Positions 24,587-34,485 are shown, counted from the first letter of the stretch. The stretch: DNA of 47,722 nucleotides from an uncultured Bdellovibrionales bacterium (GCA_964458715.1 CAYWJP010000002.1:1-47722); one strand, 5' to 3'. Numbers and translations are program-made. Notes: generated by a model not told the origin, from the letters alone.

Positions 24587-25723
24587 TTAATTATTTTTAT
24601 CTTGCTTTACGCTAAGACCATAACTTTCACTTTTCAATTCTTTAATCTTTTCTACCGCTTGCTTTTCTTCGGAAGGTAAAATTTGAAGCACTTTATTGAG
24701 CTGGGTTTGATTGACTTTGACTACTTTGTCCCAAAGTTTCTTCTTTTCCAAAATTTCTTTGAGTTTTTCTTCGTTATATTTAAAGTTTTGGCGATGAGTT
24801 TTAGTGACAATTTTTCCATCACCAAATAATCGATCAACTTCTTCCGACTCCATAATACCCAAGAGTTCTTTTTGAAGTTTAGCAATTTCAGATTTGGTTT
24901 CTTTGTTTTTAGCTTGAAGTTCTAAATATTTTCTAATAATTGAATTTTTTTCTTCATCGGTAGCGGAAATTTCTTTTTTGAATTTATGTTTCCACATCGG
25001 ACAAATTTCTTGATAATCGCACCAATCACAAAGCGGAGAAGTCGTAGGCTCAAAATTAGAGTTTTTAATTTCATTAAATAGGTTAAAAATTTTCTCTTTT
25101 TCTTTCTTGAGTTGAGAAAGAGTTTTGGTAGTCGAAAGTTTGGTATCATGTTTCAAGAAATAGAGACTCAATTTTATTTTTTCCGGATTTTTATCTAGTT
25201 GAGGATATCTTTTTAAGAAAGCTAAGAGGTAGATCAGTAACTGAAGATTATCTTCAACATGAATTTGAGCAGGAAGTTTGTTGGCAGTTTTATAATCAAT
25301 AATTTCATAACCATCTTCGATTTTGTCGATTCGATCAATTATCCCAGAAATAAGATGAATTTCTCCTTCGTGTTCTAAATCAACAGAAAAGCGAGATTCA
25401 ATATCTACTATTTTAAAATCATTAAGATTATTGTGTTTATAATAATTTTGAACAATTTTTATCCCTTGAGCAAAAGCGGCTCTTTCTCTAAATTCGTTAT
25501 CAAAAACGTCCGAATTCCATTTTTGAGAAAAATAATTTAAAGCCTCTTTTTGAGTAGGTAAAAGAAAGCTTCCAGTATGAATAAACTGCATGGTTGAATG
25601 CATTACACTTCCAAAAACTGCTTCAGCTGATTTTTTGCCAGTTTTAATTTTATCAATGGCACTAAATTTATAGCGAAGAGGGCAGGTTCGGAAAGAATCT
25701 AGAGCGGAATAAGAGGTATTCAT
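24587..25723 (-). CDS. PD-(D/E)XK nuclease, Cas4/AddB-like with 4-Cys Fe-S motif, plus K/E-rich C-terminal extension
   Basis: N-terminal Cys (FRTCPLRYKF), IIDRID...EIIDYK (D..ExK), QLLIYLLAF (QxxxY) and CDWCDYQEICPMW (CxxCx5C). The last 130 aa or so are predicted helical and charged. Confidence 0.7.
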   Translation of the reverse strand: MNTSYSALDSFRTCPLRYKFSAIDKIKTGKKSAEAVFGSVMHSTMQFIHTGSFLLPTQKEALNYFSQKWNSDVFDNEFRERAAFAQGIKIVQNYYKHNNLNDFKIVDIESRFSVDLEHEGEIHLISGIIDRIDKIEDGYEIIDYKTANKLPAQIHVEDNLQLLIYLLAFLKRYPQLDKNPEKIKLSLYFLKHDTKLSTTKTLSQLKKEKEKIFNLFNEIKNSNFEPTTSPLCDWCDYQEICPMWKHKFKKEISATDEEKNSIIRKYLELQAKNKETKSEIAKLQKELLGIMESEEVDRLFGDGKIVTKTHRQNFKYNEEKLKEILEKKKLWDKVVKVNQTQLNKVLQILPSEEKQAVEKIKELKSESYGLSVKQDKNN

Positions 25724-25963
25724 GAGTTAGTTAGAAAGTTTATAGAGAGCGAATAAAGTTCTTAAAATCTGTAAAATTACTGAAGTTTTTAAATCCGGAT
25801 TATTTTTAGCAACTAGCTGAAATTAGAGAAGTATTTAAAATGTAAATCAAATGCAGATACAGTGCAAGTCAAAATATTTTGAGATTTTATTGATGGAGAG
25901 AAGCTAGAGTAAAATTATTGAATCACTATAGTTATTAGTTGATCAATATTTGCTTGGGATACT

Positions 25964-25991
25964 ATGTCGCACAATGTATATTTTGCGACAT
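25964..25991. other. Candidate dif-like (Xer-type tyrosine recombinase) core site, 11-6-11
   Basis: ATGTCGCACAA-TGTATA-TTTTGCGACAT. The arms are inverted repeats (10/11). 19/28 positions match E. coli dif (GGTGCGCATAATGTATATTATGTTAAAT), including the whole central hexamer. Confidence 0.45.
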
Positions 25992-26074
25992 CATATATTG
26001 AGAAACCTCAATCATCAGGTATCAGAAGTCATTGAAACTAAGTACTATTCCTTGGTGGTTATGAAAAATTGCTG

Positions 26075-27469
26075 TCAATCAGATTTATAAACTATCATTT
26101 GGTCTATACTGGCACTTCCGTAAATACTTTTAACTATTTTCTTTGAAGTTCCTAATAATAAATTTGAACCCCAATATGGATCATGGACTACAAAGTCATC
26201 ATTTTTATCGTCGTAACCGTGAATCACTACATAATGACCTTTACTGCCGGAACCTTTAATAAAGACAATTACAGGCAAATCATCGTCTTCTATATAATCT
26301 TTTATATCGTCCCAATCAATCAGGCTTGTACTGTGCCCAGTTTTCACTTTTAATTTCATGTCATACTTGCTCAATAAACCTCCATCGCCCCAATCCATAA
26401 GTCCGCTATAAAAATAAGAATTTTTCTTAGCAATATCATCAGGTTCTATATCTTCGCCGTGATAAGTAAAAACCATAGCGACAGAAGTAACAGCACAACC
26501 ATAAGAGCCCATAGTCAGAGAAGTTCCTCCTATAGAATCATTGCTCCATTTACTATCTCTTTGGGAATAATACCATTTAGTAGAGGCTTTACCCTCTTCT
26601 GGTTCATCGGCATTTTTTAGGATTTCACTTATTTCTGATTCTTCTGCAACAGTTAAGGAATCGACATCAATTAAAAGTTGTTTCATTTGACTTTCAATTT
26701 TGGCAATCAAGTTCTGATAACCGGCTTCTTCGCCTTTAGTCCTAGTCAAAAGATTACTTTTCTCTCCTTTCTTAAGCGAAAGGGCTTGTTTTTCCTCATC
26801 TAATTCTGACTTTTGATCATCTAATTTTCCTTTTTCGATTTCGTGTTCTTCTCTTTTTTCATTCAAAGCCGCCTTCTCTTCCCTGATTATTTTTAAAGCA
26901 TTGTTTATTTTAGTTGAAATTTGACTAAGATAATCTGATTGAGTAAAAACTTCATTCAATCCGCCCTCGCTAGAAAGCAAACTTAAACCCAAGGTTTGGT
27001 GAAGTTTATAATAATTTCTCAACATTTCCCCTAAATTTTTTTGATTTTCTTTGATGTTTTGTTGTCTTGTATCAATTTGTTTTTTAATTTCATCAATGTT
27101 TTCCTGAGTAGTATCGATTTCTTTTTTTAATGAACCAATATCTCCCTGAACATTATTTATTTCTAGATTTAAAATCTGAACTTGACCAGCCAAAGTTTGA
27201 GCTTGTTGTTGTTTTAGTTTTACTAATTTTTGAGCATTTTTAAGCTGATTATCCAACGTATCAAATTGACTTTCTTTGTCATCTGCCTCGTCTCTTAAAT
27301 CTTCGCAATCTTTTTCTGATAAATCCTTACAGGCTTCGTCCAAAAGATCATCAAGTTGATCGGCTCGAAGAGGTTCTTGAAGAAAAGACAGTGAAAAAAA
27401 CAATAGGAACAATGAAAAACCTATTTTCCAGTAATTTTTTAAAAGTTTATTTTTATTTTTTAATTGCAT
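26075..27469 (-). CDS. Secreted coiled-coil protein with C-terminal peptidase-C39-like (papain-fold) domain (PcsB/EnvC-like architecture)
   Basis: Signal peptide, then about 250 aa of heptad-rich coiled coil. The C-terminal domain has SYGCAVTSVAMVF (Cys), GHYVVIHGYD (His) and HDP. Confidence 0.65.
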   Translation of the reverse strand: MQLKNKNKLLKNYWKIGFSLFLLFFSLSFLQEPLRADQLDDLLDEACKDLSEKDCEDLRDEADDKESQFDTLDNQLKNAQKLVKLKQQQAQTLAGQVQILNLEINNVQGDIGSLKKEIDTTQENIDEIKKQIDTRQQNIKENQKNLGEMLRNYYKLHQTLGLSLLSSEGGLNEVFTQSDYLSQISTKINNALKIIREEKAALNEKREEHEIEKGKLDDQKSELDEEKQALSLKKGEKSNLLTRTKGEEAGYQNLIAKIESQMKQLLIDVDSLTVAEESEISEILKNADEPEEGKASTKWYYSQRDSKWSNDSIGGTSLTMGSYGCAVTSVAMVFTYHGEDIEPDDIAKKNSYFYSGLMDWGDGGLLSKYDMKLKVKTGHSTSLIDWDDIKDYIEDDDLPVIVFIKGSGSKGHYVVIHGYDDKNDDFVVHDPYWGSNLLLGTSKKIVKSIYGSASIDQMIVYKSD

Positions 27470-27486
27470 TTTTTATTTTAGCAAAA

Positions 27487-28974
27487 TTAAACTTTTTCTA
27501 TGGCATTTTTTATTCTTTTAAGACTTTCTTCTTTTCCTAATACCCAAGCTAATTCAAAAGGACTAGCGCTTTTTTCTTGACCAGAAAGCGCTACTCGAAG
27601 TGGCCAAAGGTGTTCTCCTCGCGCTTCGCCGACACTAGCTAAGATAGTTTTCTGAAATATTTCAGGGCTTGCTAAATCAGTTTCAGAGGTAATTTTGAAA
27701 ACTAATTCTAAGGCTTTTTTCAAATCTTCGGATTTCATCTCTTTCCATTTTAGTAAAGAACTATCGTAATTAATGTCTTTGAAATAAATATCAAAATTTT
27801 CGTTTATATCAGCCAATTTTTTTATTCGGGTTTTATCAATCGAGATAATTTTTTTGATTTTAGCTAAGTCTTTTTCTAGATTATTTTTTTCGAAATATTC
27901 ATCTAAATAATTTTGACTTTTTTCTAAAATTTCTTCATCGGATTTATTTTTTAGATATTGGCTACTTATCCAATTTAATTTTTGATAATTAAAAATCGCA
28001 CCTGCTTTATGAATTCCTGATAAGGCAAATTTTTCAATTAGTTCTTTTTTTGACATTATTTCTTGATCACTCTTGGGATTCCAGCCCAAAAGAGCCAGGA
28101 AATTAATTAAAGCTTCTGGTAAATAGCCTTTATTTTTAAAATCTTCTACGCTAACATCCCCTTGTCTTTTGGAAAGTTTTTTCTTATTTTCTCCTAAAAC
28201 ATTAGGTAAATGAACAAATTTAGGAGCTTTCCATTTAAAAAAATTATAGAGTAAAACATGCTTTGGAGTACTAGGAAGCCAATCTTCTCCTCTGAAAACG
28301 TGAGATATTTTCATTAAATGATCATCTACGACTACGGCAAAATGATAAGTAGGAAAACCGTCAGTCTTAATTAAAACTTGATCATCGACAGTACTGGTAT
28401 CAACTGAAATGTCACCAAAAACTTTATCACTAAATTTAACCAGTTCATTTTCAGGAACTTTCATTCTAATTACGTATTTTTCTCCATTCTCAATTTTTTT
28501 TTGAATTTCTTCTGGGGTTAAATCTCGGCATTTTTTATCATACATCGGAGGCTGATTTTTGGCTTGTTGTTTTTCTCGGACTTCTTTAAGTCGTTCTTTG
28601 GAACAAAAACAGTAGTAAGCTGTTCCTTTGTCTAGGAGTTTTTTTATATATTTTTTATATATTTTTAATCGTTCTGATTGGATGTAAGGTCCCAATTCTC
28701 CTTTCTGATCTATTTCCTGATTTTCTTTTTGATAAACCCCTTCATCAACATTCATCCCGACCCAGTTTAAGATTTCAAAAATTTTCCCAGTAGCTTTATC
28801 GTCTAATCTTCGTTGATCAGTATCTTCTACTCTGACTAAAAAAGCACCTTCTTGATTTCGAGCAAAAAGCCAAGCAAATAAAGCAGTTCTCAAATTACCA
28901 ATATGAATCATCCCTGTTGGAGAAGGAGCAAATCTAACTCGAATTTCACAATTTTCAGTTTTTTGATTATTCAT
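27487..28974 (-). CDS. gltX: Glutamyl-tRNA synthetase
   Basis: RVRFAPSPTGMIHIGNLRTALF (HIGH) and KLSKRQG (KMSKS), 495 aa. Confidence 0.9.
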   Translation of the reverse strand: MNNQKTENCEIRVRFAPSPTGMIHIGNLRTALFAWLFARNQEGAFLVRVEDTDQRRLDDKATGKIFEILNWVGMNVDEGVYQKENQEIDQKGELGPYIQSERLKIYKKYIKKLLDKGTAYYCFCSKERLKEVREKQQAKNQPPMYDKKCRDLTPEEIQKKIENGEKYVIRMKVPENELVKFSDKVFGDISVDTSTVDDQVLIKTDGFPTYHFAVVVDDHLMKISHVFRGEDWLPSTPKHVLLYNFFKWKAPKFVHLPNVLGENKKKLSKRQGDVSVEDFKNKGYLPEALINFLALLGWNPKSDQEIMSKKELIEKFALSGIHKAGAIFNYQKLNWISSQYLKNKSDEEILEKSQNYLDEYFEKNNLEKDLAKIKKIISIDKTRIKKLADINENFDIYFKDINYDSSLLKWKEMKSEDLKKALELVFKITSETDLASPEIFQKTILASVGEARGEHLWPLRVALSGQEKSASPFELAWVLGKEESLKRIKNAIEKV

Positions 28975-29701
28975 ATTTTTGTTTAATTTTTGGTAAAATT
29001 TCCGATAAAGCCATTATTGGAAATTTAACAACAGCATTGAAAATTCTTGGTAATCGATTAGGCTGAATAATTAGTCGCCATAACCATTCCAATCCAATTG
29101 CTCGCACTATTCTAGGTGCTCGAATTTTTCTTTTTGTCCAAAAGTCCAAGGTCCCTCCAATTCCCATGATTATTCTGGCCTCAGTCGATTTTAATAAATA
29201 TTTATAAATTAATATCTCCTGATGAGGATGACCAGTAGCAACTAGAATTAACTGACAATCTTTGAGTAATTTAAAATCGAAATTTTGCTCTTCTCCTTTG
29301 CTAATCTCAATTAATTTGAGTTTCTTAAAATTATTCAAACTTTCTTGAATTTTTGCCCGGGAGCTCCAACCTTCTCTGAGAAATATTATTCCAATTTTCA
29401 AATTCAGTTTATCGGTTAAAGTCATTAAGAATCGAGCTAGGTCAGCACCAGTTATTCTAGCACTAGTTGGTTTTCTTTTCAACCAACTAACAAAACGAAT
29501 TCCAAAACCATCGATTAGTCTAATTCCGGCGGAATTAATAATTTTTATATAAGGATTGTTTTGTCTAGCAGTTAAAAGTATTTCCGGATTAAGAGTAACG
29601 ATAAACAAAGGTTTAGTTTTTAGACTCTTTAATTTTTGAAGACATCTTCTCTGAATAGAGTTTTGCGAATAATTATCTATTTTAATCCCGAATATTCTCA
29701 T
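28967..29701 (-). CDS. WecB/TagA/CpsF-family glycosyltransferase (GT26)
   Basis: C-terminal signature GIGGTLDFWTKRKIRAPRIVRAIGLEWLWRLIIQPNRLPRIF. Confidence 0.85.
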   Translation of the reverse strand: MRIFGIKIDNYSQNSIQRRCLQKLKSLKTKPLFIVTLNPEILLTARQNNPYIKIINSAGIRLIDGFGIRFVSWLKRKPTSARITGADLARFLMTLTDKLNLKIGIIFLREGWSSRAKIQESLNNFKKLKLIEISKGEEQNFDFKLLKDCQLILVATGHPHQEILIYKYLLKSTEARIIMGIGGTLDFWTKRKIRAPRIVRAIGLEWLWRLIIQPNRLPRIFNAVVKFPIMALSEILPKIKQKYE

Positions 29702-29712
29702 AAAAATATAAA

Positions 29713-30735
29713 CTATTTGAGAAATTTATTATTTTGAAAATCTTTAACAAAAACACTTAAGGCAGTCGCGAAAGGTATTGCGATTAGCATCCCCAATACT
29801 CCCAACAAGCTTGCTCCAGTGATTAAGGCTACAATCACCACTACAGGATCTAAACCGACCGCTCGCTTCATAATTAGAGGCGTGAAGATGTGGTGTTCCA
29901 TCTGTTGAATGATTAAATAAGAAACTCCAACTAAAATAGCAGTTAGAGGCGAGACTGTGAGCCCAATTAAAACGGCTGGTATGAAGGAAATAAAAGGTCC
30001 AATGTAAGGAATTATTTCAAAAAATCCACCCAGTAATGCCAATAGTAGAGCATAAGGAACACCCAAAATGGATAAAATTAAAAATTCTAAACTAAAAATT
30101 ATAAAAGCAATCGAAAGTTGACCTATCAGCCAATTTCCCATTTTGTTTTGGATTCTTTTAGTTAAATCTATGGCATAAACCTTATGTTTTGCTGGTAGAA
30201 CAAATTCTAAAAATCCTTTAATCCCGTCTTTTTTAACAATCATATAAAAAGCCAAAGCAAACATTATTAAGCCTTTAAAAAGATTAGCTAGAAAAGAAAA
30301 GGAATTGGAAAAAATTTGAGAAATTAGCTCGGTTAATTTATCCGAGACATTATTTATTAAAGTTTGAATATTAATTCCTAAATTAGAATCATTAGCTAGA
30401 GTATTTAAATTAAATAAAAAGTCATTAGTATTTTTAAAATAATCAGGAATATTCTCTCCTAATTGTTTTAATTCAAAGATTAGTGCTGGAATTATTAAAT
30501 ACAAACAAAAGAAAATAAAACTAAAAAATAATAAATATAGAATAATAGCGCTAATTACGCGAGGAATTCTTTTAGTTTGAAGATTATCCACTAGTGGTTC
30601 CAGGGCGCTAACTATAATTATCGAAATAAATAAAATTACCAAAACTTCTTTAATAAGAAAAACCAACCATAAAATTAAAATAATGGCGGTTATTCTAAGT
30701 AAGGTGTTGGTAGAAATTTCTGTGGAATTTTTCAT
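29713..30735 (-). CDS. AI-2E family transporter (PerM/UPF0118)
   Basis: 8-TM protein with the conserved LLGGFFEIIPYIGPFISFIPAVLIGL segment. Confidence 0.8.
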   Translation of the reverse strand: MKNSTEISTNTLLRITAIILILWLVFLIKEVLVILFISIIIVSALEPLVDNLQTKRIPRVISAIILYLLFFSFIFFCLYLIIPALIFELKQLGENIPDYFKNTNDFLFNLNTLANDSNLGINIQTLINNVSDKLTELISQIFSNSFSFLANLFKGLIMFALAFYMIVKKDGIKGFLEFVLPAKHKVYAIDLTKRIQNKMGNWLIGQLSIAFIIFSLEFLILSILGVPYALLLALLGGFFEIIPYIGPFISFIPAVLIGLTVSPLTAILVGVSYLIIQQMEHHIFTPLIMKRAVGLDPVVVIVALITGASLLGVLGMLIAIPFATALSVFVKDFQNNKFLK

Positions 30736-30736
30736 T

Positions 30737-32011
30737 TTAGTGAAATGTTAAATATTTGTCTAAATTTTTATTATTTTGATGGGGTCCAATTATAGCTAAA
30801 TTTAAATTTTCATCCTTAAAGATGTTTTTGGCTATTCGCATTAAATCATTAGCAGTAACAGCATCTATTTTTTTGAAAATTTCAACTGGTTTTTTAATTT
30901 CTTTTCGAAATAATTCTTGATTTCCTAAATAAGAAGCAACAGCTGAGGAAGATTCCAGTGCCATTAAAGCTTTTCCTTTAAGATATTCTTTGGCTTTATT
31001 AATTTCTTTTTCAGGAACTTTTTTCTGGGTAGTTTTTTTAAACTCTTTTAAAATAAGACTAATTGTTTTTTCAAGATTTTCGTGCTTAACTCCAGCACTA
31101 GCAAAAAAATAACCGGTATCTGTGGACTGATCCGCCTCTGTATTGACATAATATGTTAACCCTCTCTTCTCTCTTAATTCGTTAAACATTCGACTACTCG
31201 TTCCACCTCCTAAAATTGTGGCTAATAAATTAGTAGCGTAACGATCTTCATTGAACATATCAACTGAATTAACGCCTAAAATCAAATGGGTCTGATCAGT
31301 TTCTTTGGCATAAATTCTTAATTGGCTTCTTTTTTGATTATGAGCAGTTTTAAGTTTATCAATTTTCCTGGATGATTTTTTAATTTTTTCAAAATATATT
31401 TTTATTTTTTCCAAAACTTTTTCTTGATTGAAATTTCCTGCAACAACAATTACTGTCGATTGAGAAATATAAAAATTTTTAAAATATTCGAGAAAGTCCT
31501 TTCGTTTAAATCTACTAACATTTTCAATAGTTCCAGCAATATCCCAACCAGCAGGTTGATTACCATAAACTAAATTTTCAAAAACATCCCAAATATGACG
31601 CATCGGCATATCTTCGTACATTGCTATTTCTTGAAGAATAACCCCTCGTTCCTTATCAATTTCCTCTTGCTTGAAAGTTGAATTTAAATAAATATCACTA
31701 ACAATGTCTAATGCTAGGGCAAGATGCTGCTTAGGAACTTTTACTAAATAACTAGTTTGCTCCTTGCTAGTAAAAGCATCAAATTCTCCACCAACGCCAT
31801 CTATTTCTTCAGTGATTGTTCTCGCTAAAGGTCTTTTTTTGGTTCCTTTGAATAGCATGTGTTCTAAAAAATGAGAAATCCCGTTGTTTTTAGCATTTTC
31901 GTATTTAGATCCAGCTTCGACTAAAATTTGAACCGTGACAGTTTCAGTATTGGAATTGGGTGCCAAAATTACTCGAGAACCATTTTTCAATATTTTTTTT
32001 AGGTATTGCAT
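30737..32011 (-). CDS. Peptidase M16 (pitrilysin/insulinase) family
   Basis: Inverted zinc motif HFLEHMLFKGT near the N-terminus. The length, 424 aa, is typical. Confidence 0.85.
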   Translation of the reverse strand: MQYLKKILKNGSRVILAPNSNTETVTVQILVEAGSKYENAKNNGISHFLEHMLFKGTKKRPLARTITEEIDGVGGEFDAFTSKEQTSYLVKVPKQHLALALDIVSDIYLNSTFKQEEIDKERGVILQEIAMYEDMPMRHIWDVFENLVYGNQPAGWDIAGTIENVSRFKRKDFLEYFKNFYISQSTVIVVAGNFNQEKVLEKIKIYFEKIKKSSRKIDKLKTAHNQKRSQLRIYAKETDQTHLILGVNSVDMFNEDRYATNLLATILGGGTSSRMFNELREKRGLTYYVNTEADQSTDTGYFFASAGVKHENLEKTISLILKEFKKTTQKKVPEKEINKAKEYLKGKALMALESSSAVASYLGNQELFRKEIKKPVEIFKKIDAVTANDLMRIAKNIFKDENLNLAIIGPHQNNKNLDKYLTFH

Positions 32012-32016
32012 TAAAT

Positions 32017-32988
32017 TTATTTATTTCTAGAAAAACGAGTTAATCCACCAAAAGGAATTATTTTAAGACCTTTTTTTTCTAATTTATCTAAAATTAAATT
32101 CATTCCGATAGAATCCGAGGAAATATGCCCAGCTATAACCACATTGATATGAGCTTTTTCAGCACTTTTACGATGAGCTTCGCTTTGGTGCATTCCTATC
32201 ACAGTACCAATTCCGGCATTAGCCATAGCCTGATAGATTCCTTCGGCCCCCTCTGTTCCTCCTGTCATTTCAGAAACGACTATTTTACCACAACGACTAT
32301 TAGGAGCACCAGTAAATAAAATTGGACCAGAGGATCTTTTTCGGGCTTCTTGATATTCAGGAATTTCATTCAATATTTTTAATAATTCTTTGATGTATCG
32401 AGGTTTAATTTTTTCAACTTTTTTAGTAACTAATTGAGCCACACAGTTATCGGCTGGAGTATGAATATTAATTAAATTTACGTCAAGAAGTCTAGCTGCA
32501 TCTACTATATTATAGTGATTAATTGGATTAAGTCCCCTGGCTACTTCGGAAATTCTTTTTTGAGTCAATTTTTCAGCAATATTAACTGGAACGCCAAACT
32601 TTTCATAAGCGTCAATTTGTAAATTCATAACATCATCTAGTTTGCTTAAAGCCCTCCCTACTGGATGATGATTAATAACTAGATCTATTCCCAGCTCTTT
32701 AGCTAAAAGTAAACTTCCTGTAGAAACATCTATCCCAGCCAATATTTTCTTAATATCTTTTCCATTATCATGATGAATAGCCGAATCTGCATAGGGATTA
32801 ACTAATTCTTTTTGGTCAAAATAAGGTTTTTCCTCTTTAGGCATTTCTTTGAATATATCTTTTTTTCTTTTCAAAAATTCCCCAATTTCTTTTTTTGAAC
32901 GAAAATCGTTGTTTATTCCTTGCTGAATGGCTAAGTCAAAAATTTCTTTAATTTTCATTTTGTTATAATACTGTTTATGGATAGCCAA
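32017..32988 (-). CDS. NIF3-family dinuclear metal centre protein
   Basis: DLVINHHPV and the C-terminal VVIAGHISSDSIG resemble the NIF3 (YbgI) metal ligands. The start may be MKIKEIF at 32958. Confidence 0.6.
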   Translation of the reverse strand: MAIHKQYYNKMKIKEIFDLAIQQGINNDFRSKKEIGEFLKRKKDIFKEMPKEEKPYFDQKELVNPYADSAIHHDNGKDIKKILAGIDVSTGSLLLAKELGIDLVINHHPVGRALSKLDDVMNLQIDAYEKFGVPVNIAEKLTQKRISEVARGLNPINHYNIVDAARLLDVNLINIHTPADNCVAQLVTKKVEKIKPRYIKELLKILNEIPEYQEARKRSSGPILFTGAPNSRCGKIVVSEMTGGTEGAEGIYQAMANAGIGTVIGMHQSEAHRKSAEKAHINVVIAGHISSDSIGMNLILDKLEKKGLKIIPFGGLTRFSRNK

Positions 32989-33021
32989 ATAATATCATTT
33001 AAATCAGCTTTGTTCAAGTTT

Positions 33022-33050
33022 AAAAACCAGACTGGGCAGAAGTCTGGTCT
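33022..33050 (-). terminator. Intrinsic terminator downstream of the DUF4012 gene
   Basis: ccagact (33027-33033) pairs with agtctgg (33041-33047). A T5 run follows on the minus strand. Confidence 0.65.
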
Positions 33051-33067
33051 TTGTAGGAATGATTTTT

Positions 33068-34483
33068 TTAATTTAATTTTTGATCTTGAATAATATTGAT
33101 ATCATATTTTTTGATTTCTCCATTTTTATTAATTAACTTAATTTCACCTTTTATTTCAGGAACGCCAGATTGTTTTTGAATTAGCAGGTTATAATTTTCG
33201 AAAGTAATCCTCTTGGGCAACCGATATTCAAAATGAAGAGTCCTGGTTTGATTAATTGGAACTTGAATTAATGTTCCAAAATATTTTTTATTAAATTCTT
33301 CTCCAAATTTCATGGGACGAGTGCTGCTTGTATCTAAAAGCCAACTTTCCACGGGAGTATAAATTCTTAAATAACTCTGATAATCATTAGTCATCCAATC
33401 TTTATCTTGAGCGGTATTAATATAGGTTATATCTAGATTGGCAACAGGATCGTTTCCAGAGAAATCAACTTGATATTTAAAGGATCTAACCATCTTTAAA
33501 TCAGTTTTGTAAGCAGCTAAGTTAGCATCAACTAACATTAAATAATCATTTGAATAATTTTCCTCTACTTCACCATCCCAATTTAAGCCAATTATTTCTT
33601 TTTGAATTTCAGAATTAAAAAAATTCAACATAACATCTTTTTGATTTAGATGTTTTTCTAAGCTTAAAAGTAATTTTTTCTTTTCAGATAATCCAAGCTT
33701 TTGAACTTTATTCAAAATTTCTTTAGCTAAATATTTCATAATATATTTTCGCTGGCCTTTTTCAATGTCTTGTTCTTTGTATCCTTTTTCAACTTGATAT
33801 TCTAATTTTGTAATAGCGTTTTCACTATTATATTCACCAGGAAATCCCTCTATCTCAACTGGGCCAATTATCTCCAAAAAAGAACCGAGTAATTCAGTTG
33901 AAATAGCAATTACTCCATCGAAAGTTTCTCCTCCTCCCTGTATTTTATATAGATAGATAGCTTTTTCTGCGTTAGTTGGAAAATTTGGAGACCAATTACT
34001 GTCTCTCATTTCCCAATTTTTTATATTTAAAGTTTCTGGCATTGGATAAGGAGGGGTTATTCCAGTAGCAATTCTATCATCAAAAATATTAGTGTCATGA
34101 ACATCAATTTCGATAATTTTACCATTCTCGATTTTTAAAATTCCAAAAGCTCCAATGAAACCGCCTCCGGGTCTCAACTCCAGATTATTTTGAAATAAAA
34201 TTAAAAAAGTTTGGACTCCTTTTGTCTCCGTGATAATTGAAGCCATTTTAAAAATTGACTGGAGTTCGGTTTTCTGACTTTTTTCGATAGGCGCTATATT
34301 CAAAACAGGACTAAATAAACTAGCTAAACCAATCCAACCAGATTTTTGATATTCTAAAAATAAAAACCAACCGACAAGAATTGTAATTGCGATGGACCAA
34401 AAAGCTATCCAAAATTTCCACCCTTTTTTTCCAATTGATTGTTTGGTAAATCTAGATTGATTCAACGAAGTATGATTATTCAT
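33068..34483 (-). CDS. DUF4012-domain membrane-anchored protein
   Basis: N-terminal TM and the signature LFQNNLELRPGGGFIGAFGILKIENGKI. Confidence 0.7.
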   Translation of the reverse strand: MNNHTSLNQSRFTKQSIGKKGWKFWIAFWSIAITILVGWFLFLEYQKSGWIGLASLFSPVLNIAPIEKSQKTELQSIFKMASIITETKGVQTFLILFQNNLELRPGGGFIGAFGILKIENGKIIEIDVHDTNIFDDRIATGITPPYPMPETLNIKNWEMRDSNWSPNFPTNAEKAIYLYKIQGGGETFDGVIAISTELLGSFLEIIGPVEIEGFPGEYNSENAITKLEYQVEKGYKEQDIEKGQRKYIMKYLAKEILNKVQKLGLSEKKKLLLSLEKHLNQKDVMLNFFNSEIQKEIIGLNWDGEVEENYSNDYLMLVDANLAAYKTDLKMVRSFKYQVDFSGNDPVANLDITYINTAQDKDWMTNDYQSYLRIYTPVESWLLDTSSTRPMKFGEEFNKKYFGTLIQVPINQTRTLHFEYRLPKRITFENYNLLIQKQSGVPEIKGEIKLINKNGEIKKYDINIIQDQKLN

Positions 34484-34485
34484 TG

